Below, piece after piece: positions 13,521-25,149 of a stretch of DNA of 54,096 nucleotides (positions are counted from its first letter, which is position 1; every line of letters begins with the position of its first letter). The stretch lies in the NCBI GenBank assembly GCA_013265495.1, contig MU057801.1:992001-1046096 (forward strand), in the 5' to 3' direction. Below the pieces are notes generated by a model. The model saw only the letters and a list, made by a program, of their open reading frames with translations. It was not told the origin of the DNA and did no database searches. This DNA comes from Vicugna vicugna (lineage: Eukaryota). The position numbers and the translations under genes were made by a program.

Positions 13521-14370
13521 ACTGGTTCCACGCGTGTCAACGTGCTTAAATGTGCTCCATCCCCATGGCGGAGCCCCCGGGCAGCTGCGCCTCACCACCG
13601 GGGCAGCCACAGCAGAGGCTGAGCACAAGACCAGCACGTGGACTGTTCCAGAGTCTGGCCTCTTTGCCAGAGCCTGCCGGCATCCAGAAACAAAGGGGAC
13701 GGGGCTGAGGGGTGAGGGGGAGGGAAGATGCCCCTCCACGCCAGCCCCAAACCCCAGAAGCTCCTGGCACAGGGTTTCTTAGGGGCTGGCTTCTCTGTCG
13801 CATGTGTTGACGGGCTTGAAACTGGCCTGATGTGGGAGATTTGAGTTCACAGGGCAGAAAATCCATACTCTCTAGACACCTGCTGACTGCAGGAGAATTC
13901 AAGGTATTGACCTTCCATTTAAGGCTGAGATAAGAGGCACAGATCTGTGCACCTTCCCAGAGCTGGCCAGGTGGAGGTGGACACCGATCTCTGCAGCCAC
14001 CGCTCTGTGAATCACCAAATGGGCCTTTATTGACTCAAGCTGGGGTTCCACTCCCAGGTCAGAGTGGAAGTCTGCATCAGCGAGCCCAAATCCCTCCTCT
14101 GCACCTGTTCAGTGGTGCCTGAAAGGGGCTGGGGCTTTGAGTAAGACACACCAGGGGAGACTCTTAAACACCCACATGGCTTCTGCCTAAGAGAATGGAT
14201 TTTAATGTCGGTAGTGAAAGAGTGAAAATGACAAGCAGTGTGACCAAGGACACTTAAGCCCGGGAACCAGATGTGAGGCGTGGTGAATATTGTGGCCACA
14301 CTGATTTGGTCCAGTGTTTAGCATCTAAAAGAAAAAGATGAGCTCGTTCATTGACCACATTCTACCTGAC

Positions 14371-14452
14371 TGTGTGTGTGAAGGGGTGCGCGCGTGTGTG
14401 TGCATGTATGTGTGTGCGTGTGTGCGTGTGTGTGCGTGTGTGCGTGTGTGTA
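14371..14452. repeat. Imperfect (TG/CG)n microsatellite
   Basis: tgtgtgcgtg-type alternating purine-pyrimidine run. Confidence 0.95.
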
Positions 14453-14573
14453 CACAATCTGGAAAGAACAAAGAGTTTACAAAGAACAAAAGGACAAGCT
14501 TGAGATTTATCACAGACAGATTGAAAGCATGGTCCTACCTAACATACTGCAAACCAAACTTACACTGGAATCA

Positions 14574-14666
14574 GGGGAGGGTGTAGCTTTGTGGTAGAGC
14601 GCATGCTCAGTACCCACAAGGTCCTGGGTTCAATTCCTGGTACCTCTATTCAAAAAAAAAAAAAAA
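14574..14666 (+). mobile_element. Camelid tRNA-derived SINE (Vic-1 type)
   Basis: ggggagggtgtagctttgtggtagagcgcatgctcag...ggtcctgggttcaattcc (Pol III A and B boxes), poly-A tail, TSD tacactggaatca (14561-14573) / tatattggaatca (14671-14683). Confidence 0.9.
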
Positions 14667-15059
14667 GGTCTATATTGGAATCAAATCTGTGCCCTAATCA
14701 TTGTTCTTTTTAACTGAAATAAAAACTTTTCAACACAGAAAGCTTGGATGGAATTTCTATGTGGAACCATATAAAATTTGGGGTTTTCTTTTGAAATCTA
14801 AATTGGGCGCTCTATTACAAAGACACGTTCTACAAAGCACTATTTGCACGCCCCGTCGCCCTCACCATGCTGCCAGGAAGCCCAGACAAGCCCGGGAAGT
14901 CTCTGGGGAAAGGTGATCTTCTAAAGGTTTGGGGGTTTTTATTCCCTCCTGGAGCACGTTGCCTAGATAAGGTTGACTTCTGGCTTCTCAGACGATGATT
15001 TAAAATAAGACTTTCCTGAACTTTGTAACCCTATTTTGAAGGAAAGCATTTTAAGAGCA

Positions 15060-15330
15060 AGGGATAAAATTCAATTAACTGAGATGACAGAAAATAATCT
15101 ACTAAGTGACCATATCAGGCAACTGGACGCTTTCAGACCTTTCAGAAAGGAAATAACCTATTTCTTGCCTTGTTATCTAATGACACAGGAGTTTGCTTCT
15201 CTTGAAGCCGTTACACATCTACCTAATGAGGCCCAAACACCGTCGCCAAGCAATTAGCGCTTTCATTGTGTCACTGATTCCCTTCATTTCCGCAGTTGCT
15301 GATCATCATTAGCCAATACCGTCTCCTCCA
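15060..15330. promoter_or_regulatory. Putative conserved non-coding enhancer-like element
   Basis: Non-repetitive, motif-dense: caattaa, ctaatga twice, caattag (15251), SOX-type cattgt (15264), cattag. Conservation is inferred, not measured. Confidence 0.35.
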
Positions 15331-15578
15331 AGAGCGCATGTGCGTGTGTACACACACACACACATACACACACCCGCTCTCCAGCTGGCCGAGAAACACG
15401 ACAGCTCCACTGACAGCTCGGGCCGGAGGCTGCTGGGGGCAGCCTCGGACAAGCACCAGACTCGGGCAGCCCGGGCAGCTCGTTGGTCCGGGTGTCGGTG
15501 CTGCCCGACGCTCGTCTGCCGCGCTGTGGGTGCCGTGCGTTTCACGGGTATTCACAGACGGTGGCGTTTACTAATACG

Positions 15579-15600
15579 TACACACACACACACACACACA
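15579..15600. repeat. (AC)n microsatellite; a second imperfect run lies at ~15347-15373
   Basis: Direct inspection. Confidence 0.95.
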
Positions 15601-15689
15601 GAGCAAGTCGTCCTCTCCAAAGGGCCACGTCAACGTCGCTCTCATCTGTCCACGTGCTCTTCTAGAAGCTTGAAGAGCGAGAACCCTCT

Positions 15690-15897
15690 ACACTACTCAG
15701 CCATGAAAAAGAAAGAATGCCATTTGCAGCAACATGGATGGACCTGGAGATGGTCATTCTAAGTGAAGTCAGACAGAGAAAGACAAATATCACATGACAT
15801 CACTTACATGTGGGATCTTTTAAAAAATGATACAAACGAACTTATTTACAAAACAGGAACAGATCCACAGACTTGTGGTGACCAAAGGGGAAAGGGT
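15690..15897 (+). mobile_element. LINE-1 fragment (ORF2 end / 3' UTR start)
   Basis: tactcagccatgaaaaagaa...atgccatttgcagcaacatggatggacctggag...aaaatgatacaaacgaacttatttacaaaacag. Confidence 0.9.
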
Positions 15898-16535
15898 ATT
15901 TACCGGGCCGTGGCTGGCGGGCATCTCTGTGAGGCAGGACTCTTTATTCCCCTTCTTGTTGCTTCCTTCCTTGCGTGTTTAACAAGTGTGATTTTTTTTT
16001 TTTTTTTGCCAAAAGCACTAAAGCTGTAACAAAAGAAGAAGAAACCATTGCATTTGACTGCCGCGTTTCACAGCTGAGCAAAGGAGGCTTGGGGCCATGC
16101 TGCTGGGTCTGTGGCTCAGAGGCCGGTCAGCAGTGTGAGCCCTGGGGATGGAGCGGATGTCGCCTGCACACTCAGCTCAGAGCAGGCGAGGGACATAGCA
16201 GGCGGTGGAGCCCCATGAGGGGCAAGAGAGTAATGTAGTGTCCGGATCCATCGGCTTATTTCTGTGTGTGAATGTACGAGGGTGGAATGGTTCCGTGGAT
16301 CTCAAATACTACGGAGAATTCTTGAACAAGCACTCAGTAAAGGTCATAAGGCGTACCACTCTGCAGGATAAGCTTGAAACTTGTTCACATAAACACGCAC
16401 CTCGGTAACTGCCGCCTGGATCAGGAGAGAGGATGCTTCAGCTCCTGCAACTTGGTGCCCCACCCAGGCAGTAACCGCACACCCTCCCCACGGCCGCAAG
16501 GCTGTCCCTGTTCTGAATGCGATCACCATCGGTGA

Positions 16536-16980
16536 CAGATCTTCCTCCACCTGCGACAGGGCTACACCCGGAGAAACGCATTGGTAAGTTGAAAATATCC
16601 CAAGTCGAAAATGCACTTGATACACCTAAGCTACTAAACGTCGTAGCTTAGCCTGGCCTACCTTAAATGAGCTCAGAACACTTACATTAGCCTGCAGTTG
16701 GGAAAAACCATCTAACAAAGACTCTCTTATAATAAATAGTGATTTATGTCATCATGTAATTTATTGACTCCTGTCCTGAAAGTGAAAGACAGTGGTCGTC
16801 TGGGTACAGAATGGGGGTAAGCGTATCATTTGTTTATCTCGTGATCACAGGGCCGCCTGGGAGCTGCGGCCGCTGCCTCACCCACATCACAGCAGCATCT
16901 TACCACTTGCCCGGGAGGAAAAGCAAACTTCAAAATTCGAAGTCTGGTTTCTACTGAATGCGTGCTGTGTTCGCATCAAA
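16536..16980 (+). mobile_element. TcMar-Tigger DNA transposon, MER47/Tigger5-like
   Basis: gtaagttgaaaatatc...aagtcgaaaatgca...gctcagaacacttacattagcc...gtttctactgaatgcg. The right terminus appears truncated. Confidence 0.85.
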
Positions 16981-17453
16981 GGCAAGGGAGGCGGCACAAA
17001 GCATCCTCCTCAAGAAGGTGGGAGCCGGAGAAAATGCCACGGTCGGCGACCCAGTCGGTGAGCCTCCACTGGCCATGGCTGCTAGACCTAAAGAGTCTCC
17101 GGGCAAATCAGGAAAACTGCGCCTTTGGGGAGATGACCGGTGTCCCCTCTGATGCACCAGGCAGACGAAGCTCCCCTCCCTCTGCTGCCCCGGCCTCAGG
17201 CCGTGGCTCGGGGTTGGTGGGCAGGCATCTCAGCCCTTCCGCTGCCCTCAGGACCCCGCTGCGTCTGCCCTGCTCAGGCTGTGGTGTGTGCCATCGAGGG
17301 GCAAGAACCAGTGCTTGGGAAACACCTGCCAGCACCCGGGTGGCCGCTACCGGCAAGGCCACCTCTCCTGCGCACCGCGCCCCGGGCCGGCCCTCGGCCA
17401 AAGCCTCGGCCAGTGGTCCAGGCTGCCTGGCTCAGTCTGAGATGGCCCGACTC

Positions 17454-17793
17454 TGTCTGAGGTCGCCCCAAAGCAGAGCCTGAGACAAGGATTTGCATTC
17501 AGACGGTTTGTTCAGGAGCTGATATGGGGAAGCCCTGTGAGGGAGTGCTGACAGGCAGGCATGAGGAAGCCCATGTGCACTAGTGGGTGTCACCACGTGG
17601 CCACCCAGGGGTCCACCTGGGGCCGTCTGAGGAGCCAGGACACTGGTATGTTTTTCTGCCAATTCCCACCCTTCATTGATGGAGGGTCACGCCTGGTCCT
17701 CACAGTCCGCCCTGTGGGTGAGGGACCAGTCAGGAGGCCACCTCTGGGGCAGCCCGAGGGAGTGCAGGCAGGGTACTGACAGCATCCGCTACA
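17454..17793 (-). mobile_element. ERVL solo LTR, LTR16/LTR33-like
   Basis: TG...CA ends; ccccaaagcagagcctgagacaaggatttg start and acagcatccgctaca end. Confidence 0.7.
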
Positions 17794-18650
17794 CTCCCGA
17801 CTCTCAGAATTCAGATTTTTCTCCTGCTCATCGTGAGCCTCCTGGCTGAACCGTGCAGATTATAACAGAGCAGTGAGTGGGACCCTGACTATAACTGATG
17901 TCCGCTCCTCCGTCACCCCAGAGGTTGGGGGAGGGGTGCAGAAAGTGGGGAAAACGTTGATGCAAAAATTTAAAAGTCCTCGGCTTGGAGCCAATAAACC
18001 GTGCTTCAATGAACTGCTTGTTCTCAAACAGAGAAGGAGCTTGATCTGGATGGTTAACCCTCACATGTTGCGGCCGCCAAAGAGCACCCCGCAAAGAATG
18101 TGACTTGCCCCGGGTGCTGCGGATGGGGAAGCCTTCCGGTGCCTCTTTCCTTTAGACACCAGCCCCTACGTACGGCCAGGCCGAGGTGTTGGAAAGCGAA
18201 CTGTGAGCCCCGTCTGCCAGCTGGGGGCACACTGAGACAAAGGAAGATTCTCACTGGTGGAGACCCTTAATCCAGTCACAGTGATTTTAACACATTCGTT
18301 TCCATGTTGCTTGGACATTTCTCCATCCTTGAAGATGCTGCTTCAGAAAGCTCTTTTCTGCTTGCCACCGGCTTATTTACGGTTTTAGATTTGGCTGTAG
18401 CTCATGTGCTGCAGAGCTCCAGCCCAGCTGAGGGGAGAACTTCTGAGGGGCTCCGTCTGAGTGATGAATTACTAGGTGATGAGGCTGGAGGAGTCATGAA
18501 GTGGAAGCCTCTGTGACTCGGTGGGGCAGCTTCACATGGGATCTCTTCCAGAAAACAAAGAAAACAGTGGGTACAAGAGGACACAGATGCCGCCAAGTAA
18601 TCCTCAAGGTCAGAGATCACGTTACAAACTCTTACTGTCCATAGAGCTTC

Positions 18651-19078
18651 TTATTTATTTTTTTATTGAAGTACAATTATATTGGTTTCAGATACACAGC
18701 ATAGTGATTTAGTATTTTTGCAGGTTATATTTCATTACAAGCGGTTACAAGATAATGACTGTAATTCCCTGTGCTGTGCCATATATCCTTGTTGCTTATC
18801 TATTTTATACATAGTAGTTCGTATCTATTAATCCCTCCCCCCTAACTTGCCCCTCCCCCTGCCCTCGCCCCGCTGGTACCCACTAGTTAGTTTTTATCTG
18901 TGAGTCTGTTTCTGTTTTGCATAGACATTCATCTGCATTATCTTGTAGATTCCACATATAATTGAAATCACATGGTATCTCTGTCTGACATTTCACTAAG
19001 CGTAATATTCCCTAGGTCCACCCACATTGCCGCAAATGGCAGAATTTCATCCTCTTTGTGGCTGAGTAATATTCCATA
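18651..19078 (-). mobile_element. LINE-1 3' segment (poly-A end) of a 5'-inverted insertion
   Basis: T-rich left end then L1 3'UTR and ORF2 end through gctgagtaatattccat. Confidence 0.9.
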
Positions 19079-19322
19079 GGATAGTCCTGAGTGAGTGTCA
19101 ACCAGTTGAGCCACCTCAGTCTTGCAGATAATGATGGAGCTGTTGAGCTTCTCGGCCGACACATAGAAAACCTCTAGGAGCAAGCCAGTGACGCCGGGTT
19201 TTCACGTGAGGGAAAGAAAATAAGCTGCGCCCAGGCACAGAGAAGGCTGAGGCTATTTGTGCACATCCTCTCAGGACACATTGGCAAGTCCACTCAGTGC
19301 CCTAAACAAATACCGCTGGACG

Positions 19323-19720
19323 TGCTAACCATGTGACTGACAAGGGCTTAACTTCAAGAATATATAAACAGCTCATACAGCCCAATAACAACACCACCAG
19401 CAACAATTTAAAAACGGGCAGAAGACCTAAACAGACATTTCCCCAGTGAAGACATACAAGTGGCCAATAGGCACATGAAAAGATGCTCAGTATCACTAAC
19501 TATCAGAGAAATGCAAATCAAAACTGCAATGAGGCACCACCTCACACCAGTCAGAATGGCCATCATTAAAAAGTCCACAAACGACAAATGCTGGAGAGGG
19601 TGTGGAGAAAAGGGAACCCTCCTACACTGCTGGTGGCAATGCAGTTTGGTGCAGCCACTGTGGAAAACAGCATGGAGATTCCTCAAAAGACTAAAAATAG
19701 ACTTACCATAGGACCTAGCA
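19323..19720 (+). mobile_element. LINE-1 ORF2 C-terminal segment, inverted relative to 18651-19078
   Basis: ORF 19460-19711 [38 protein letters not shown]...[16 protein letters not shown] is the L1 ORF2 C-terminal cysteine-rich region. Followed by the probable right TSD atagatttctta. Confidence 0.92.
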
Positions 19721-19749
19721 ATAGATTTCTTAGAACGGTTATACTGAAG

Positions 19750-21590
19750 GTAAACTTCCCTTATTGAATGTGTCTTTATTCTTTTTCTAACTGATTTGTA
19801 GGACTATTTTACAGATTCGGGGTATCAGTCTTTGGTCATTTACATAGATACAGAGATAGATAAATGGATAGAGATCATAAATATCTTTCCCCACTGCATG
19901 GCTTGGCTTTTTACTCTTCTCTGGTTAGTGATTATTGACTCCATCTGAGAAATATCAGCCCCCAAGATGAGGAAGACATGCCCCTGTGCTGCCATCTGTA
20001 TTTGTTTTACCTTTTATATTTATATGCTCAGTCCACTTGGAATTAGGTTTTGTATGTGGTGTAGGTAGGAGTCAAAGATCATTTTTTTTTCCCCTTTTGG
20101 GTACTCAGTTAACCCGGAATCGTTTATCAGCCTCCTGCAGCCTCCTGGCACTTGTGCAATGAAAGCACAGACTAAGCGCGTGCGGGTCTGCTCCCCAACT
20201 GCTGGCTCCTGGCTCTGTCTGTCTTGCATGCATCCCATGCTGTCTTACTATAAGGCACCAGTAATCAAGTTAATCCGTCGACTTTGTTCTTTTCCAATAC
20301 TGCCTTGGCTACACTTGGCCCTTTTCACTTCCATATGAATTTTAGAATCAACTTCTTGTAAGTTTCCACTAAGAAAAGAAAACCCTGCTGATTTTTGCTG
20401 GGATTGCATTGAACCTACAGATCAACTGAGAAAAAACCAGCACCTTTATAACACTGAGTCTTCCAGTCCGTCATTGTGATTGGATTGCTTGCTCCGTGAT
20501 TCTGTGTAGTTCTCTGCGTAGCTCATTACTTATTCATAAATACTTCATTTTTAGTGCTATCGGAAAAAGTGTGAGGCTTTTTTAAAATTTCGTTTTCTAA
20601 CTGTTGCTAATAAAGGTAAATAAAAGTTAAGCTGATTTCGGCATTCTGTCATTGTATTCAGCAGCCTTGCTAAATCTATTTATTAATCCTAATTATTAAT
20701 CTGTAGATTGCTTTAGCTTTTGTAGGTACCAAACACAGCATCTGTTTTATTTCTTCCTCTCTTCCTTCCCAACCTCCCAAGTTTTCTTTTTCGTCTCCAT
20801 TTGCACTGGCTAGAATCACCAGTAGAAAGCGGAATGCACGTGGTGATAGCAGGCATCCTTCATTCATTTCCAAACACAGGGCGAAAGCTCTAAGCTAATA
20901 ATAAGCATTAATAATTCGACAGTGCAGTGTCTTCTGTGGGCCATCTGCAGACATCTCATTAGATTAGGAACACCAAACATGTTTTCACGCAGTACCAAAT
21001 GCCCCCGCAGCACAAAACTGCCTTCGGCTAAAAAGCACTTTTTTAGATTTACACACATATTTACCATTTCTTGGGCTCTTAATTTCTTTCTGCTTTTCTG
21101 CGCTTTTCCTTGGGCTAATTTTTATTTTCTTGAATGCTAAGGTTGCCACACCAGCTTTCTTTTGATTTGCATTTTCCTGGTATAGCTTTTTGGTGCCACT
21201 AATTTCACATTTTCTTTATCTTTCCATCTTAAGATTGTCTCTTGCATGTATCATTGGGTTTTTAAATCCAGTCTGAGAATCTGTTTTTAAGTCACATACA
21301 TTTACTACAACTACCAATATACTACAAGTTAGTCTGCCTTCTTATTTTATGTTTTCTGTTTAATGCATTTTATTTTCTCTTCCTTCCTTCCTAGTCAATA
21401 GACTGAATTTACTCCTAATGACTTAAAATGAAATCTCTTCGTTCTTTTATAGCTATGGAATACTCCACTGTATGAATGTCCTGAAATTTATTTAATTCAT
21501 ACACTATTGATAGACAGACATTCAAGTCTTTTCCAACTATATTCCAATCATATTTTATTTCAATGATAAACCTTGTTCATACTTTCCAGT
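19750..21590 (-). mobile_element. Old, fragmented LINE-1 (L1M-type)
   Basis: T-rich decayed ORF2 text, e.g. ttccatatgaattttagaatcaactt, gggattgcattgaacctacagatcaa, ttgtattcagcagccttgctaaa. Confidence 0.75.
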
Positions 21591-21627
21591 TCACATTTGT
21601 CTTACAGGTTGGCCTTTCTGGTAAGTT

Positions 21628-21900
21628 CTGTCTCAGGCTGTTATCCAGAAACGGTCCCTGAGATAAGCATTCTTGTGAACGTGGCTTCCTAAGACCTGAG
21701 CCCAGGAAAAACCAGCGGGAGAGTGGAGAGGAAAGACGGGGAGGGAGGCCAGACCCGGCACGGTACCTAGCAAACCGCCTGGAGGTGACTCTGGTTCAGT
21801 CCAACGGGGAGCAGTGGGGACAGTGCAGGTCCTCCCCCCGCATGACCAGGGCAGGACGCTTCTCCCACCCAGGGCTGTACGGGCTTCCCGAGGACACAGA
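21628..21900 (-). mobile_element. ERVL LTR fragment, LTR16/LTR33-like
   Basis: tgtctcagg...ccagaaacggtccctgagataagcattcttgtg...cccaggaaaaaccag resembles the start of the copy at 17454. Confidence 0.5.
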
Positions 21901-22039
21901 ATCCCAGAACCTCTGCTGCGGCCACGGCAACGGCAGAGCCCTGAGGAGACCTCTCTAAGCTCTTAGATGTTCGGCCTCAAAGCAAATGATGTGCTTTTAG
22001 GAAAAGCAGCGTCTAAGCAGACTCCATACCACTAATAGG

Positions 22040-22180
22040 TCGTGGGGCCTTAGGCAAGACACCACTTAACCTTTTAAAACCACGGTTTCCTCATCCGTAA
22101 CTGGGATGATTACGGTTCTTACAGCAGAAAGCTCAGCACGGCGCCCGGCGCGGAGGAGGCAGTGACCCAAGTGGCTGCCA
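22040..22180 (+). mobile_element. MIR SINE fragment
   Basis: ccttaggcaag...cacttaacc...ggtttcctcatccgtaactgggatgat. Confidence 0.65.
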
Positions 22181-22649
22181 TCAATATTTCTCAGCAGAAC
22201 TTCTCTAAAACAATATCTGGAAGACTCTGAGCTGCTTAAACAACCTCCAGAAACCACCTTACAGAGCAAAGATGCCCGTGAATTTACTATTTATATGAAA
22301 TACATAAACGGGGGAAAATCCATAAACCGTGAGCTGCTGGTTCCCTGGGGCCTGCAGCGGCTGTGTTGTTTTACGAAAAGCTGGACCGTACGAGATCGCT
22401 CAGGCCTTTGAGGTCTGTAACCCCGCACGAGCCCCACACTGGAAGCAGCCGTCGGCGCAGACTGCCACCTGAAGCCCAAATCATGGTTGGTATAAAGGGT
22501 TTTGATTCACGTAAATTCACTGGTAAAATCTTCATACCAAGAGGCCCTGCCCGCGGGTAACAGGGCTGCTGGGACTTGTCACGGTTGGTTGCACTCCTGC
22601 AGGGTGATGGCGTACTGGGATTAGATGGAAGGCAGAAAGGGAAGGGTTT

Positions 22650-23330
22650 TTCAGTTCACTTTCTCCAAAAGCAGACCCTGGGCAGGGGCTTGAGGGCCTG
22701 CAGTTGATTTGGGAGGTGGATCAGTCAAGGTTCTCCGGAGAAGCAAACCAGTAGGAGACTTTATATGATGGGGAATTGGCTCACATGCTTGCGGCAGCTG
22801 GGCAGTCCCATGATCTGCTCTCTCCTTCCTGGAAACCCGAAATGCCGGTGGTGTCTTTCAGTCTGAGTCTGAGGGCAGGAGGAGATGAGAAGGTGTCCCA
22901 GCTCCACAGGGAGGCAGGAAAGAAGGGGCCAATTCCTTCTTCTGCGTTTTGTTCCGTGCAGACCCTCTGTGGGCTGGACGATGCCCGCCTACCTCAGGGA
23001 AGGCCGTGAGTTTAGTGAGTCCCCCAGTGCAAACACTAAACTTCTCTGGAAACAGCCCCCACCAGATGACCCAGAAATAATGTCTAATCTGGGCACTGCA
23101 TGGCCGGCCCAGCTGACACATGAAACTAACCATCACGGGAGGTAGCCCCGGGAAACACAAGTGCGGGGGTCGGCAAGGGAGAACACGGCTGCCGAGCAGG
23201 CTCAGCGCCACTGAGGACCCTCTGAGAAACCCTGCAGGATGTATCCTCAGAGAGGGAAGCTGGGGTGTTGATCCACCAACTCCCAGTGCCCTTTTGTTGA
23301 GACTTACCCCAGAGCTGCTGAATCCGTGAC
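22650..23330 (-). mobile_element. LTR16/LTR33-like LTR split by an MLT2 insertion
   Basis: ccaaaagcagaccctg...gcagttgatttgggagg | ggaggtagccccgggaaacac continues across the MLT2. Confidence 0.6.
22717..23137 (-). mobile_element. ERVL solo LTR, MLT2-type
   Basis: tggatcagtcaaggttctccggagaa...gaattggctcacatg...gacacatgaaactaaccatcacg. Perfect 5-bp TSD ggagg (22712-22716 / 23138-23142). Confidence 0.88.
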
Positions 23331-23559
23331 ACTTACAGGTTTTGCCCTGTAAGTGGGGTGACCCAGCTCATGGGGTGCTGACCACAGCCTTCAAGAAGAA
23401 GAGCAGGGAGATAAAGGTGCTTGGGATGGGACGGTTCATCTATGGGGGACTATCCAGTGCAGCTGACCGGGGGACACAAGGCCGGTCACCCAGAGTTCCA
23501 GCGACAAATGCCTTGAAAAATCTATCGTGACTTCAGGGCACAGTGAAATGTAGTATCTC

Positions 23560-24270
23560 GTGAGCCCAACTTTTACTTATCACGGGAAGCAAAATGCCAC
23601 TCTGCTGCTATTGCTTCTGAAATAAAACAAACCTCCAAAAATGTGCTCCAAGAGGGCAATTATGAGCAGTCATCCTTCCTCTTACAAAGAACTATGTCTT
23701 AGTCCTGACCTCCTTTGCCATGTGACAAAAGCCAGTATAACTTCAGCGTCTAACCACCCTGAGTCAATATTAAATGTGTCACAAATTAAGGCCAGCACCA
23801 GGACAGCATTTCGGTCACCATATCCATTACAGAAAAATCTAAATGTGTTCATCCCATCCGTAACTCTGCCCTCAAGGTTTCCAGGCCACTTCATTTTGAA
23901 TTTCCTGTCCTGAAAGGGATCCCGATGTAAGCAATTCAGACGCTGGCGACGGCGGGGTTCCTCCTGAGGTCGCCAGAGCTTTTAACCACGACCTGAGGGC
24001 GGCCTGTGCTGATCAACATACCTCGGATTAACTAGACTCAGAGCGCGGCAATCACTCTCCATTCAGTCGGGCCCATCTCTGGTGAATCGTGGACGTTAAT
24101 GACAGTTGCAAGAGCTCGGATATTATATAATCACTAATTACCTTCTGCGCAATTAGTGGATGCTCATCAGTGTGCATCACTGCTGGCTGATCACCGGTCC
24201 TCTCCGGGAGGGAGTAGGTGGTCTGCGTAATTTCCTGATTGTACCGGCACAGATGCAGACGCTACTGATG
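23560..24270. promoter_or_regulatory. Putative conserved non-coding element
   Basis: Unique sequence between TEs with retained CpGs and homeodomain-type motifs (ctaatta, caattag, ggattaa, ttaatgacag). Inference only. Confidence 0.35.
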
Positions 24271-24648
24271 AACTTTGGCGACTGAGAAGAGGCCGCGTGT
24301 CTGTCATGGACAAAGGCAAGAGGGTGGCTTTGCTGGCCCCGGGCACTTCGCTTCCAACCTCAAGGCCACGAGCTTGTGGTTCGTCCCTGGGACTCGTTGC
24401 CTCCCCACCTTCCAGATGGAAGACACACACAATGTCCTGCCCAAACAGCCCCTGACAGCCTTGCACACAAAGCCGGTTAAAGAGACATGCACGCATGCAC
24501 CCTCGGACACGGATTCTTCTTTAACTGACTTTCAGAGATCCGAGCTCTAAGGATTCGGGGGCACTCAGCTCTGAAGCTTATGACAACGGGAAGAACGCAT
24601 CTGAAACGGGGAGGCGCCTACCCGAGTTTTAACCGTCTGTGAGTTGGG

Positions 24649-25044
24649 TCCTCTTAGCTGCTCAAGGGCCCATCACAAATACCGCGGACCGAGCGGCTCA
24701 GACGGCAGAAGCGTGTCTTCTCCCGCTCCTGGAGGCTGGACGTCCAAGAGCAAGGTGTCAGAGGGGCTGGTTTTTCTGAAGCCTGTCTGCCTTGTGGGCT
24801 GACGGCCACCCTTGCGCTGTCCTCCCCTGGCCGGTCCTCTGTGTGCCTGCTTGTCCCAAGTCCCTCCTTGCGTCCAAATTCCCTCCCCTTATAAGGGCAT
24901 CCTGGATTAGGGCCCACCTCAGTGACAACATTTTGACATAATTACCTCTTTAAAGGCCCTGTCTCCAAGGGTAGTCACATTCTGGGGTACTGATGGACTG
25001 GGGCTTCAACATCCGAATTTGGGGACGAGCTCTTCAGCCCATAA
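24649..25044 (-). mobile_element. MaLR LTR, MLT1A-like
   Basis: ctggaggctggacgtccaagagcaaggtgtcag...ttataagg...ggattagggcccacc...gtcacattctggggtactg...cttcaacat...ttcagcccataa. Confidence 0.88.
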
Positions 25045-25149
25045 AGCCAGGATGTGGGCAGACAATGTCTATTCCAATCCAGGAAGCTCTTGCTGGAAGA
25101 TCGGCAGTGAGCTTGGACCGCACGAACATCTAACAGGTGGGTGACAGCT

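Noticed and set aside
14574..14650. tRNA gene
   Set aside because: A and B boxes are present, but the poly-A tail, TSD and lack of a complete cloverleaf indicate a SINE.
16626..16651. 9-bp inverted repeat ctaagctac...gtagcttag
   Set aside because: Lies inside the Tigger-type element and is most simply inherited quasi-symmetry.
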